Counted from the first letter of the stretch, positions 30,017 through 43,681 are shown. The stretch is DNA of 64,000 bases from an uncultured Pseudomonadota bacterium (GCA_902785275.1 CACZYB010000001.1:64001-128000), one strand, 5' to 3'. Made by a program: numbers and translations. Notes: generated by a model not told the origin, from the sequence alone.

Positions 30017-31345
30017 TTATCTTTGATTTTCAGATAGATTATCAATAACCGATTGAACATTTCCACTACCTGCATTTTCTGCAGGTTTTTTATTTCTAAG
30101 TTTTTCATAATTTTCCTTTAAATCATCCAAACTTAAATCAAAAGAAACATCCTTAAAATGAGGGTTATTTTTCTTTTCACCTTGCTTAAAGTAAAGTTCA
30201 GTATCATTTGAAACAATCTCTTCAAAAGTACGCTTTGCCCCCATATTCGAAAGAGAAACAGCATTCTGTAATGAACGGGCAATCATCTTTGTAAAATCAC
30301 GTCCCTTTTCATTTTTTGAAACAGAACCTACCCCATCCTCTTCAAACTTTCCAGTCAAAGAGCAATAATTTTCAAAAAGATGATAATGAGTTCCCATAAA
30401 AATTTCTTTGTAAATCATTTCTGATGGAGAAGATGACATTCCGTCCTCATCATAATCCTTTATAAATCTTAAATCTGCACCAAACCTGTCTGTATCCCAA
30501 AAATTATGTAACGTACCATACTTAAAATAAAAAGGATCACTTCCCTTTAGCTTTCCAGACATAAGCTTATCTGTAAAATTAGAAACAGAAATACCTTTTC
30601 CCTTACGCATTTCCTCTGTTACACCACCTTCAAGGTTATCCGAAGCCAAAGTAAAACCAACATTAAGAGGTCCCTCTATACGTTGAACACCATCACGTGG
30701 ACTTAACATAATATTCGTAATTTCGCTTAACAAAGCCTCTATTTTTTCCTTTGAAAAGCCCAATGTTTCCAAATCTTCACGCAAATAATTTGCCAATTCG
30801 CATGCAACAAAAGTACCATGACAATGTGAAAATATTGTTATATTTCTAAGATTTGATCTTATAGATGAAAATTTTTTACTTTCACCTCTTTCTGAAATAA
30901 TTATTGGTAAAAATATTGTTTCATATATCGCATAGATATAGTCAACCTTATCACGTTCCAATCCAAGCTTAAATCTCTTACGTTCCTCATCAAGGATATT
31001 AACATCCTTTGGGTAAACAGCAGACAAAAGCTGAACTTCCTTATCATTAATATCTTGTCTTCCAAGAAGTTCCTGTGCAAGCTTTGCGATACCATTCGCA
31101 AGCCTATCTTCATCAATACCAGAACCACCAAGACAAAGGACAATAGGCCTATCAAAATCTATCTGAGAAGAAATAATATTTTTTTCCCAACCGTAAACAT
31201 TTTCTTCTGAATGGGAAACCCTTTTCCCAATTCTTGTCATATGCTCTTGATTACGATCTATTACATCCCTAAAACCCTTTGGATAAAGGTTTTCATAGGA
31301 AATAACAAGTGCACCAAAAAAGGAACCTTCTCTTATAAGCTTCAT
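30017..31345 (-). CDS. hypothetical protein, possible alpha/beta-hydrolase-like fold
   Basis: 442-aa ORF with its own TTGACA promoter; IVLCLGGSG and ITIFSHCHGTF resemble the oxyanion and nucleophile-elbow motifs. Confidence 0.6.
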   Translation of the reverse strand: MKLIREGSFFGALVISYENLYPKGFRDVIDRNQEHMTRIGKRVSHSEENVYGWEKNIISSQIDFDRPIVLCLGGSGIDEDRLANGIAKLAQELLGRQDINDKEVQLLSAVYPKDVNILDEERKRFKLGLERDKVDYIYAIYETIFLPIIISERGESKKFSSIRSNLRNITIFSHCHGTFVACELANYLREDLETLGFSKEKIEALLSEITNIMLSPRDGVQRIEGPLNVGFTLASDNLEGGVTEEMRKGKGISVSNFTDKLMSGKLKGSDPFYFKYGTLHNFWDTDRFGADLRFIKDYDEDGMSSSPSEMIYKEIFMGTHYHLFENYCSLTGKFEEDGVGSVSKNEKGRDFTKMIARSLQNAVSLSNMGAKRTFEEIVSNDTELYFKQGEKKNNPHFKDVSFDLSLDDLKENYEKLRNKKPAENAGSGNVQSVIDNLSENQR

Positions 31346-31428
31346 AATAAGCCTCTCTTTTAAAGATTAACTAAAAAGAATTTTATAAATAAAATTCTAT
31401 TTTGTCAATAATAAAATATATAAATCAG

Positions 31429-31893
31429 TTATTTTGTTCCAGTAGAACCAAAACCGCCTTCGCCCCTTTCGGAACTACCCAAATCTTCTTCAGAAAAAAC
31501 TTCATCAAATTCGAATTGATAAACTGGTTCAACAACACCCTGTGCAATCTTCATTCCACGAGTAATTGTAAATGGTTCATTTCCAACATTAACAATCAAA
31601 ACCCCCACTTCACCAAGATAGCCATTATCAATAGTCCCAACACCATTAGGCATAGAAAGTCCAAGACGCAAGGCATTACCACTTCTTGCACGGATTTGTA
31701 AAGCAAACCCTTCTTGTGGCATAATTTTAAACCCAGCGGGAATAATCACACGACTATTCGGTGCAACAATAACATCTTCAACATTACATGCACGAATATC
31801 AAACCCAGTATCAGTAGGATGAGCATAAGTCATTGGTCCCCATGATTTATCATAATCTGAAAGATAAAGAATTTTTGCATTTACTTTTGACAT
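31429..31893 (-). CDS. dut: dUTP diphosphatase
   Basis: GFDIRA, RARSGNA, GTIDNGYLGE, IAQ, RGEGGFGSTG. Confidence 0.97.
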   Translation of the reverse strand: MSKVNAKILYLSDYDKSWGPMTYAHPTDTGFDIRACNVEDVIVAPNSRVIIPAGFKIMPQEGFALQIRARSGNALRLGLSMPNGVGTIDNGYLGEVGVLIVNVGNEPFTITRGMKIAQGVVEPVYQFEFDEVFSEEDLGSSERGEGGFGSTGTK

Positions 31894-32008
31894 AATAACA
31901 TCCTCTTTTTATTTAAAAAAATTCTACCATAAATATAAAAAAAATCAAGACAACTAAATAAAAAAATCCCCCAGGAAACCCGAGGGATTTTACACTCAAC
32001 AACAATTC

Positions 32009-34501
32009 TTAGCTATATTGTTTTTGTTTATCATCCAAAATCAAATCAATCAATGATTTCTTTGATTTAGATGACTTCTTCAACATAAGCTGAGAAACTT
32101 CACTATAACTCTTACCCTGATTACCAGCTCTTTCCCATCTTGCATTTTCAGAAGGAGCAGCTTTCTCACTATCAGTTGCAGACAAATTATTAAGCTGAAT
32201 AGATTTATCATTTCTATATACACTGGAAACGTTTCCAGCAACATAATCTTTTAAATTATCTGCCTGAGCTTGGGTAACAGTATCCTTTAATTCAATATTA
32301 GCGGAACTAACCTTTGTTTCATGTGAAACTTTGTGTAATATAACTTTTGAACTTGATCCAACATCAATCACAGATGGAGCATCATTTTCAAATTCAATAA
32401 CACCTCCGGAAAAACTACTAAATGTAATACCACTCATATCAGCACTAAATCTAACATTTGCCATATTAATTCCATAGGATGTTTTACCTATTTTATTAAC
32501 ACCAGTAACACGAATATTTTTCAACTGAGCCTTCATTAATAAAGCGGCATTAATGTCAAGAGCATAAGGCGTAGCACCATACTCTCCATTTTCCCTATAC
32601 ATAGGAAGATCTCCAAGCTCTTCACTACCATCGAACACATAAGATGATAAAGCATCCCCCATAGAAAACTTTCCAACACTTGAATTTTCTGAATAATACT
32701 TTTCAATAATCTTATCAAGATTTGATCCATATAGGTTATAACCTCCAACAAATTTATTACGCTCTACTTTCTTATCTGTGTCAATTGGGATATATTCCAA
32801 ATTTCTTATTGTAGGAAGCTTCGAGTTATCTGTATCTTTAACAAATGTTGAGTAAATAGCAGAAATACTCTCAAAACCTCTAACTTCACCAGACATAGTT
32901 GTTGATGCCAAATTTGTAAATTCAACATTTCCTTCAATACCACCTTTATAGGTTCCTGTTAAATTATAGTTTGCAGGCATTGTAACTTTACCCTTTTTAT
33001 TCGCATCGGTAAAATTAATTGATTGCATTCTACTTCCTGTAGAATAATTTGAATTTTCATACAATTTATAATAAACAATTTCAACCCCAGGTATAACCTC
33101 TTTTGCCCCTTTTCCACCAACAGCTACACCAGCCAATACAGATGCAGGATCAACCATCGATTCCATCAATACAACATTATCTTTAGCTCTTATATCTTCA
33201 TTATAATAATGGCCAAGGTTTGCTTCTGAAATCTTACTCATATCAAGATTAAAGCTTTCAACAGAAGAAGGAACAAATTTTGGATATTCAACAGTTCTGC
33301 TATTCTTACCATTTGAACCTTTATCATTTTCAGCAGCAAGTTTTGCTTCAACATCATGATATCTGCTTACAAGATTTACAATATCAACTTCTGTTGCACC
33401 TTCTGGAATTGTGAAATTAACTTTTTCAACAGTAGACCAATCAGTTGTAGAAAGGTAATTTGCCCATTCTGCCTGTGTATATGGAACAGAAACATTCTGC
33501 CAGTTTACAACAGGAGTATCAGGTTCATCATTACCACCACTTCCAGTATTTCCACCAGTAGATTCTACAAATTCAAATGTATTAAGATTTCCAAGACTCC
33601 AATCAACATCATCTTTTAAACCTGCAAGTCTTGGAGCAACTGCATTCAAATTATTTACTGAAGTATTATAATCTGATTCCAAAGCTTCAAAGTTTGTTCT
33701 TGCTGAACCAAGAGAAGATTCTATTGCATTTTGTTCAGTCTTTGCAGCATTAACAGTCTTTACAATATCTTCCTTGTTATAAACATTATCAAATTTGTAA
33801 TTATCTTTGAAATCTTCTATTGCATTCTTTGCAATATTTAAAACAGCATCATAACTTGGTTGAGACAAACCACTTACTTGATTTTTATAAGTTGATATAG
33901 CACCTGAATAATTATCATAAGCTGTTGAATAACCATTGTATGCATTTGTGTAATCACCATTATAAAAAGAATCATACTTGTTTATTGCATTACTTGCATC
34001 ACTATAACGTGATTCGTAAACATCATAATTCAAATATTCATTACCGTTTTCATCAGAATTTTGTTTTTTATCACCAAGTGTATAAGAAGCTTTTTCTTCT
34101 TTTGTAAGTTTTTCACCTAGTGCAATTTCAAGATTTTCTCCAACAATTTTCTTCAAAGAAGAACCGTTAATCGCAGATGCAACTTCATCAATAGTTGTCT
34201 TATATGCTTTAACATCCTTTGCTTTAACATGAGAATCCAAAATCTCTATAATCTTATTCATACTTCTTACAGCATCTTGAATATCAGTAGCAGTTAATGT
34301 TGCAATACTTTCCTTTTCTTCTACTGTCAAAACTTCTGCCAAATACTTTTGATCTTCGTTATCAACAGGAACAACAGGAACAGGTTTTTCTTCTGGTTCA
34401 TCCGGACTTGCTGGACAACCGGTTAAAACAGTTGCACCCCAAAGAAGTGATGCGAGGATTGCTGTAGCTTTCTTTTTATTTAACTTAGAGATTTTTTTCA
34501 T
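32009..34501 (-). CDS. large predicted lipoprotein
   Basis: Basic N-terminus, hydrophobic stretch and lipobox LTG-C followed by a P/E-rich tether; coiled coil, G-rich linker, beta-rich C-terminal region. Confidence 0.7.
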   Translation of the reverse strand: MKKISKLNKKKATAILASLLWGATVLTGCPASPDEPEEKPVPVVPVDNEDQKYLAEVLTVEEKESIATLTATDIQDAVRSMNKIIEILDSHVKAKDVKAYKTTIDEVASAINGSSLKKIVGENLEIALGEKLTKEEKASYTLGDKKQNSDENGNEYLNYDVYESRYSDASNAINKYDSFYNGDYTNAYNGYSTAYDNYSGAISTYKNQVSGLSQPSYDAVLNIAKNAIEDFKDNYKFDNVYNKEDIVKTVNAAKTEQNAIESSLGSARTNFEALESDYNTSVNNLNAVAPRLAGLKDDVDWSLGNLNTFEFVESTGGNTGSGGNDEPDTPVVNWQNVSVPYTQAEWANYLSTTDWSTVEKVNFTIPEGATEVDIVNLVSRYHDVEAKLAAENDKGSNGKNSRTVEYPKFVPSSVESFNLDMSKISEANLGHYYNEDIRAKDNVVLMESMVDPASVLAGVAVGGKGAKEVIPGVEIVYYKLYENSNYSTGSRMQSINFTDANKKGKVTMPANYNLTGTYKGGIEGNVEFTNLASTTMSGEVRGFESISAIYSTFVKDTDNSKLPTIRNLEYIPIDTDKKVERNKFVGGYNLYGSNLDKIIEKYYSENSSVGKFSMGDALSSYVFDGSEELGDLPMYRENGEYGATPYALDINAALLMKAQLKNIRVTGVNKIGKTSYGINMANVRFSADMSGITFSSFSGGVIEFENDAPSVIDVGSSSKVILHKVSHETKVSSANIELKDTVTQAQADNLKDYVAGNVSSVYRNDKSIQLNNLSATDSEKAAPSENARWERAGNQGKSYSEVSQLMLKKSSKSKKSLIDLILDDKQKQYS

Positions 34502-34716
34502 AGTCTTCTCCTATTACTTTTGTTAAACTTGACTAATATTACAACAAAAATAAAATCTTGTCAACAATTTTGTCAACTTTTATTTTGCATAATTTCACTA
34601 GGTATTATATCACAAAATTTAAATAAAAAAAAGAGTTTTTATATAATAATACATTATTGTTTTCCTTGATTTTTACAAAGCGATACGATAAAATCCCAAA
34701 AATAATGGAGATTATT

Positions 34717-35949
34717 ATGTATAATGTAAAATCAGATTTTTTAAATATTCTTATTGAACGTGGCCTTTTTAATCAATCCAGTGATTTGGAAGGCTTGGAT
34801 AAAAAGTTATGTGAAGGACCTCAAATTGCTTATTGGGGTACCGATCCAACAGCCGCCAGTCTTCATGTTGGAAACCTTGCTTCCTTAACAATGCTAAGAT
34901 GGTGGCAAAAAACCGGAAACAAGCCTATTGTTTTGGTTGGTGGTGCAACTGGCCGTATTGGTGACCCATCTGGCCGTTCAAGTGAGCGTCCAATAATGAC
35001 AGATGAAGTTTTTGCAAAAAATCTTGAAGGGATTAAAAAATCTGCTGGAAAATTCTTTACATTCGGTAACGGCTCGACCGACGCAATCATGGTAAATAAC
35101 TATGATTGGTTCAAAGATATTACATATATGGACTTTTTAACAAAATACGGCCGTTATTTTTCCGTAAACGAAATGTTAAAGCGTGAAAGTGTGAAACTTC
35201 GTCTAGATAGAGAACAACCACTTTCATTCCTAGAGTTCAACTATGCATTATTCCAAGCATACGATTTCGTTGAAATCAATAAACGTCACGGTGCAATAGT
35301 ACAATTTGGTGGTGGCGATCAATGGGGAAATATTATTTCCGGTGTTGACCTTGGAAAACGTTTTGGCATCGACTTATTTGCACTTACAACACCACTTTTA
35401 ACTGATGCAAATGGTGTAAAGTTTGGAAAATCAATGGGAAATGCAATCTGGCTTAATGAAGAAAAGCTTTCATCATACGATTATTACCAATTCTGGAGAA
35501 ATGTTGATGACCGCGATGTTGAAAAGTTATTAAAAGTCTTTACTGATTTGCCTATTGATGAAATCTCAAGACTTTCAAAACTTCAAGGCTCTGAAATCAA
35601 TGAGGCAAAAAAGATTCTCGCATTCGAAGCGACAAAGCTCTGCCGTGGTGAACTTGATGCACAAAATGCCGAAAAAACTGCCCGTGAAACATTTGAAAAT
35701 GGTGGTATGGGTCAAGATTTGCCAACATTCGATATGGATTCGGATTTGGGTATTATTGACGCGCTTGTTACGACATCACTTTGTAAATCAAAAAGTGATG
35801 CTCGCCGTATGATTGCTGCTGGTGCTATCTCTATAAATGGAGAAAAAATTATCGACGATAAATTCATAATAACAAAATCCTTGGCAACAGATGGAAAAAT
35901 ACTTCTTTCCAGCGGAAAAAAGAATAAATCTGTACTAAAGGTAAAATAA
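34717..35949 (+). CDS. tyrS: tyrosine--tRNA ligase
   Basis: DPTAASLHVGN (HIGH), GGGDQWGNI, KFGKS (KMSKS), C-terminal S4 domain; GGAG RBS before ATG 34717. Confidence 0.98.
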   Translation: MYNVKSDFLNILIERGLFNQSSDLEGLDKKLCEGPQIAYWGTDPTAASLHVGNLASLTMLRWWQKTGNKPIVLVGGATGRIGDPSGRSSERPIMTDEVFAKNLEGIKKSAGKFFTFGNGSTDAIMVNNYDWFKDITYMDFLTKYGRYFSVNEMLKRESVKLRLDREQPLSFLEFNYALFQAYDFVEINKRHGAIVQFGGGDQWGNIISGVDLGKRFGIDLFALTTPLLTDANGVKFGKSMGNAIWLNEEKLSSYDYYQFWRNVDDRDVEKLLKVFTDLPIDEISRLSKLQGSEINEAKKILAFEATKLCRGELDAQNAEKTARETFENGGMGQDLPTFDMDSDLGIIDALVTTSLCKSKSDARRMIAAGAISINGEKIIDDKFIITKSLATDGKILLSSGKKNKSVLKVK

Positions 35950-35951
35950 AT

Positions 35952-36536
35952 ATGATTTACGTTATAAGACACGGTGAAACAGACCTAAATAAAATTGATA
36001 TTATGCAAGGTGGTGGCACAAACCCTCCACTTAATAAACTTGGCCATAAACAGGCTAAAAACCGTGGGGAAAAATTACAAAACCTTGGCATAAAAAAGAT
36101 TTATTCTTCTGATTTAGTAAGAACAAGACAAACAACTGCAGAAATAAACAAATTTTTAAATCTTCCCGTTGAATATAATGAACTTCTTCGTGAAACTCAC
36201 TATGGAATTATGGAAGGAAAGCCTGGATCAATAATAAATGCAGATCCAAAACTTCGTGCCATCTGTGATGCAATTGATAATGGTAACGACGACGCCCATT
36301 TTGAAAATGGTGAAAGTCGCAACATGTCGGCAAAGCGATTCTTAGATTTCATTAAAACCATTGATAACAAAGAAGAAACCATACTTATCGTATCTCACGG
36401 TGGAATTCTTCGTAATTATCTAAAGGTATTTGGTAAATTTGATGTTAAAATTGCAAATTGTTGTGGTGCATCATTCGACCTTGATAAAAATCTCTATCCG
36501 ATAAACATTTCTTTGATTGGTAAACCAAGAGAGTAA
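35952..36536 (+). CDS. histidine phosphatase family protein
   Basis: IRHGET, SSDLVRT, LRE, GES, VSHGG. Confidence 0.93.
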   Translation: MIYVIRHGETDLNKIDIMQGGGTNPPLNKLGHKQAKNRGEKLQNLGIKKIYSSDLVRTRQTTAEINKFLNLPVEYNELLRETHYGIMEGKPGSIINADPKLRAICDAIDNGNDDAHFENGESRNMSAKRFLDFIKTIDNKEETILIVSHGGILRNYLKVFGKFDVKIANCCGASFDLDKNLYPINISLIGKPRE

Positions 36537-36565
36537 AATCCTATTAAAATTTTCTTTTTTACCTA

Positions 36566-36593
36566 TTGAAAAAGAGGATACCCCTCCCTATAT
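36566..36593 (+). promoter_or_regulatory. RpoH (sigma32)-type heat-shock promoter of groESL
   Basis: TTGAA-16 nt-CCTATAT matches the alphaproteobacterial RpoH consensus; no CIRCE element visible. Confidence 0.65.
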
Positions 36594-36625
36594 AAAAATG
36601 TATAAATAAAAGATGGAGGTATATT

Positions 36626-36916
36626 ATGAATTTTAAACCATTATTTAACAACATTCTTGTCGAAAGAATGGAAGAAGAAACCACAACAAAGGGTGGAATT
36701 ATTATCCCTGATACTGCAAAGGAAAAACCATCACGTGGCCGTGTATTGGCTGTTGGTGAAGGTACAACATTTGAAAATGGAAATACCATTCCTATGCGTG
36801 TAAAAGTTGGTGATATAGTTCTTTTCTCAAAATGGGGTGGAACTGAAATCAAACTTGATGGTAAAGACAGACTTATAATGAAAGAAACTGACGTTCTTGG
36901 AATCATTAATGAATAG
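36626..36916 (+). CDS. groES: co-chaperonin GroES
   Basis: TKGGIIIPDTAKEKP, VKVGD.VLFSKWGGTE. Confidence 0.99.
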   Translation: MNFKPLFNNILVERMEEETTTKGGIIIPDTAKEKPSRGRVLAVGEGTTFENGNTIPMRVKVGDIVLFSKWGGTEIKLDGKDRLIMKETDVLGIINE

Positions 36917-38584
<1,668 letters not shown>

Positions 38585-38600
38585 AAAATTACCTCCTTAT

Positions 38601-38635
38601 AAAAAAATCCTCGGTTTTTCAATCGAGGATTTTTT
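38601..38635. terminator. bidirectional terminator after groEL
   Basis: AAAAAAATCCTCGG...TCGAGGATTTTTT. Confidence 0.8.
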
Positions 38636-38660
38636 ATATTAAAAATAAAATTGATTAAAA

Positions 38661-38939
38661 TTATTTTTGATTAGCTTCTTCAGCAATCTTTTGCCATTTT
38701 GCAAGATTATTTCTGCAATATTCCAAAGTTTTTTCTAACTTATGAGCTTCATAAATATCCTTTGCTTCACTCAAGCTAACCTTCAAAATTTCTTCTTGTC
38801 TTACAAAATGTGAAATCATATCTTCACAATTAACTTTTTTAGATTTTCTTCTTTCTGCTATACTTATTTCACTACGTATCTGATTATTAATTTCTCTTTG
38901 ATATCTATCAATAGGATTAAGTATGTTATAAACTCGCAT
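38661..38939 (-). CDS. hypothetical protein
   Basis: 92-aa ORF MRVYNIL..., with AAGGG RBS and an upstream TTGACA. Confidence 0.5.
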   Translation of the reverse strand: MRVYNILNPIDRYQREINNQIRSEISIAERRKSKKVNCEDMISHFVRQEEILKVSLSEAKDIYEAHKLEKTLEYCRNNLAKWQKIAEEANQK

Positions 38940-39090
38940 TTTAAAGCCCTTTCTTTTTTTTGTTTGCACCAAAAACAGTAATTAAAATAAACAATTATTT
39001 TTATTTTGTCAATATCTTTTTTACTAATTTTAAACTTTTTTAAAAATAAAGACTCCCATAAAAGGAGTCCTTACAAATTCAATTACAAAA

Positions 39091-40161
<1,071 letters not shown>

Positions 40162-40240
40162 TTATCTTAAACGTAGATATAACTATAAAATATAAGTTTA
40201 AAAACTACAAGGAAAACTTGAAAAAAATTTGAAAAAATTT

Positions 40241-40885
40241 TTAAAATTTCTTTACCTTGCAAAATTTCTTAAGGTAACAAGCGTCACAATCCGGATTCTT
40301 TGCTTTACAAATATACCTTCCAAATAAAACCAAATAGTTCGAAACAAACGGCTTATATCTCTCGGGAATTATACGTTCCAACTCCATTTCAACCTTTTCC
40401 GGAGTATCAAATTCATCCCCCATAAGGCCCAATCTTTTCACCAAACGAAGCACATGCGTATCCACACCAATAGTAGGTGTTCCATAAAGCTCATTCAAAA
40501 TCACATTCGCCGACTTTCTACCAATCCCCGAAAGCATCATAAGCTCGTCCCTTGTTTTTGGAAGCACACCACCAAATTTTTCAATCAAAGTCTCACTCAT
40601 TTCCACAATATGTTTTGCTTTTGCATTAAAAAGTCCAATAGTCTTTATATGCCTTTTTATTTCATCAAGCCCAAGTTCAAGCATAGCCTTTGGATTATCT
40701 GCCACCTCAAAAAGCTCATCCGTTGCAATATTCACAGATTTATCTGTCGCCTGTGCCGAAAGAAGCACCGCAACAGCAAAAGTATATGGATTTTTATAAT
40801 TAAGTTCGGATTTCTTTGCACCAATCTTTTCATCAAAGACTTCCATCATTTCCAAGATTTTTGCACTTGAAATCCTTTTACCCAT
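40241..40885 (-). CDS. nth: endonuclease III
   Basis: LLSAQATD, HhH LSGIGRKSAN, VDTHV, C-x6-C-x2-C-x5-C Fe-S motif. Confidence 0.96.
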   Translation of the reverse strand: MGKRISSAKILEMMEVFDEKIGAKKSELNYKNPYTFAVAVLLSAQATDKSVNIATDELFEVADNPKAMLELGLDEIKRHIKTIGLFNAKAKHIVEMSETLIEKFGGVLPKTRDELMMLSGIGRKSANVILNELYGTPTIGVDTHVLRLVKRLGLMGDEFDTPEKVEMELERIIPERYKPFVSNYLVLFGRYICKAKNPDCDACYLKKFCKVKKF

Positions 40886-40886
40886 A

Positions 40887-42641
40887 CTATGAAACCTCTT
40901 CTAATTTTTCGGTAATACGCTGTATTTCATCCTTCACAACCTGTATCTGATTTTGAACCTTAACAACTTCATCCGCAGGGACATTAAATACCCTTACATT
41001 AAGATCTTTAAGTTCATTATTAAGATTTTCCAAATCGAACCTTAAAATCTTTTCATCCAAAATCTTTGATGCATCATTTGGTCGCTTTATAAGTGATTCT
41101 AATTCAAATTTTAATAAGACCTGAGGATTATACCCCTTTTCATTCAAAAATCTTAAAATGGTTTCACGGGTATGAGGATTTACAGAAACTTCTGAAATAA
41201 CTTCTGCAAATATTTTTTTATAAACAGGATGTGTAAGTTCAATCTTCTTTCCACTTTCCAAAAACTTTGAAAACAAGTTTGGATAAGCAATAGAAAAAGC
41301 CAAAATCATTTTTTCATTTGAGTTTTCAGGATTTGCCTTTGGCACAATAACCTTTTTCTCACTCATAATTTTAACAAATTGCTTTTTCATTCTTTTTGAA
41401 AATTCATCCAAATAGAACTTTCTTATACTCTCACTTTTAATCCTTGAAAATTCACGTTGTATATCAGCTTCAAGTCCTGCCCTTTGTTCCGGAGTTTTTA
41501 CCTCACGCTCTGATGTGAAATACATCCACAAAATATCGGAAAGGGAAATACATTTTGTATCAAGCATTTCCTGAAATTTATCATGACCAAAGGCATGCAA
41601 AAATTCATCCGGATCTTTTGCCCCTTCAATCAAACAAAACTTTAATGAATATCCAGGTTTAAGTATCGGTAACACACGAAGAGCCGCACGAATACCTGCC
41701 TTTCGTCCTGCAGTATCAGAATCAAAACAAAGTATTGGTTCCGTTGTCATCTTCCACAAAAGCTCAATCTGCATTTCAGTAATCGCTGTACCAAGTGGAG
41801 CAACAGCAGTCTTAAACCCAAATTGATGAAGGGAAATTGTATCCATATACCCTTCTGTCGCAATAACTTGTTTCTTTTCTATTGCCTCTGCCCTTGCCTG
41901 TGCAAGTCCATAAAGATTTCGTCCCTTTGAAAAAACCAAACTTTCCGGACTGTTAAGGTACTTTGGAAGATTATCATCTTTCACCATAATACGTCCACCG
42001 AAAGCAATAATTCTACCTCTAGAGTCAGTTATAGGGAACAAAACTCTTTCCCTAAAATAATCATATGGTGTATGGGTTCTCTCACTCATTCTTACAAGTC
42101 CTGCATCCAATGCAGTCTTTAATGATACACCCTTTGATTTAAGATATTGCACCAACTTATTCCCTGTCGGAGCATAGCAAAGATGGAAATTTGCAATCAT
42201 TTCATCGGAAAGCTGTCTTGATTTAAGGTAATCCAAACCAACTTTTCCTTCCTCTGAATAAAGCTGTTCTTTATAAAAATCCGCAGCCATTTTCAAAACT
42301 TCATACAAATCATGGCTTTCTCTATCCCTACGTCTTTGTTCCTCTGTCATCGCAGGTATAGGAATTCCAGCATCATGACAAAGTTTTTCAATTGCCTCAA
42401 TAAAAGACAAATGTTGTGTCTGCATAATAAAAGTAATCACATCACCATGTGCACCACAACCAAAACAGTGATAAAAATTCTTTTCCTCACTAACCGAAAA
42501 CGAAGCAGTTTTTTCCGTATGAAACGGACAACATCCCCAATTTTCCTTTCCCTTTCGGGTAAGTGGGACATACTTTGAAATTACATCAACAATAGAAATT
42601 CTATCTCTTAAACTTTCAATAAACGCTTTATCAAATGCCAT
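40887..42641 (-). CDS. dnaG: DNA primase
   Basis: CPFHTEKTASF, HCFGCG, PKYLNSPE, EGYMD, FDSDTAG, KDPDE; likely start at ATG 42641 with GAGGA RBS. Confidence 0.97.
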   Translation of the reverse strand: MAFDKAFIESLRDRISIVDVISKYVPLTRKGKENWGCCPFHTEKTASFSVSEEKNFYHCFGCGAHGDVITFIMQTQHLSFIEAIEKLCHDAGIPIPAMTEEQRRRDRESHDLYEVLKMAADFYKEQLYSEEGKVGLDYLKSRQLSDEMIANFHLCYAPTGNKLVQYLKSKGVSLKTALDAGLVRMSERTHTPYDYFRERVLFPITDSRGRIIAFGGRIMVKDDNLPKYLNSPESLVFSKGRNLYGLAQARAEAIEKKQVIATEGYMDTISLHQFGFKTAVAPLGTAITEMQIELLWKMTTEPILCFDSDTAGRKAGIRAALRVLPILKPGYSLKFCLIEGAKDPDEFLHAFGHDKFQEMLDTKCISLSDILWMYFTSEREVKTPEQRAGLEADIQREFSRIKSESIRKFYLDEFSKRMKKQFVKIMSEKKVIVPKANPENSNEKMILAFSIAYPNLFSKFLESGKKIELTHPVYKKIFAEVISEVSVNPHTRETILRFLNEKGYNPQVLLKFELESLIKRPNDASKILDEKILRFDLENLNNELKDLNVRVFNVPADEVVKVQNQIQVVKDEIQRITEKLEEVS

Positions 42642-42736
42642 TTTAATCCTCTTGAAACAAAAGCATATATGATTCTTTTCAAAATTGCAAAATAAAAAAG
42701 CCCCCATGTTAGGGGGCAATCAAATTTAAGCAAAAT

Positions 42737-43537
42737 TTATTGAATATTTACAACGGGATTCATATCTTTTTGCATTTTCGCAAAATTTTGTAATTGATGC
42801 TTAAATCCAACCTTTGGATTCTTTGTTGCTACATACATTGCACCATTATTTGAAAAATGTATAACAATAACAAACAATGCGAAAATAGAGAAAATAACAT
42901 TTGAAATACCCTTTTCTCCTTTAAGGCAATATGTCGTAGCAGTGTAAATCAAAAATACGATATACAAATCAACAATCAAGCTGAAAAGGAATAAAATCCA
43001 ATAAGAAAATGCTATATGATATACCACATAAGAGAATGGATACATAAATATACATGAAGCCACAGCCTTAAGTGCAGTTTCAAAATTCATTTCCCCCTTT
43101 GCAAGATAAGAGAAAAACAACATAACCCCTGCCAATGCAAAAGTAATAAACATTGCATAAATTGGCATTAAAAGTAATGCAGAAATAGTACCAAGCAAAG
43201 TAATATTTGCGATACTAAATACAATCTTAATACCAGCGGTAATCAAACCATACATTAAAACCTTTACAATCGCATTTTCATAATTTCCATCTGCAGTAAT
43301 AGATGTAAAATATTTAACAGGATGCAAAATCATATAAACAGCATCAGTCAAAAATTTTGAAAGATTAATCTTTTTTGCCTGTTTTTCTGCAGATTTAAAA
43401 TATTGTTTTGCCGAAGAAACGACCTGTGGTTTTGAATCTTTCACTGCCTTAACAGTAGATTTTACCTTTGCTTCGACATCTTTTATAACTTTAGAAGTAT
43501 TTTTTGGATTCTTTTTTGATGTTTTTTTAATTGCCAT
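42737..43537 (-). CDS. Yip1-like multi-TM membrane protein with basic N-terminus
   Basis: ILHPVKYF followed by ~5 TM helices, typical of Yip1 domains. Confidence 0.6.
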   Translation of the reverse strand: MAIKKTSKKNPKNTSKVIKDVEAKVKSTVKAVKDSKPQVVSSAKQYFKSAEKQAKKINLSKFLTDAVYMILHPVKYFTSITADGNYENAIVKVLMYGLITAGIKIVFSIANITLLGTISALLLMPIYAMFITFALAGVMLFFSYLAKGEMNFETALKAVASCIFMYPFSYVVYHIAFSYWILFLFSLIVDLYIVFLIYTATTYCLKGEKGISNVIFSIFALFVIVIHFSNNGAMYVATKNPKVGFKHQLQNFAKMQKDMNPVVNIQ

Positions 43538-43681
43538 TTTACTCCCCCTTTTTATTAATAATTAACAAAGCAAAGTATACTTTAAAGAACAAAAAAAATC
43601 TACAAAAATAAATTCATAATTGAAAAAAAAATAAAAATAAACTACACTCTTCTTACATAAACAAATAAAAATAGGTTTAAA

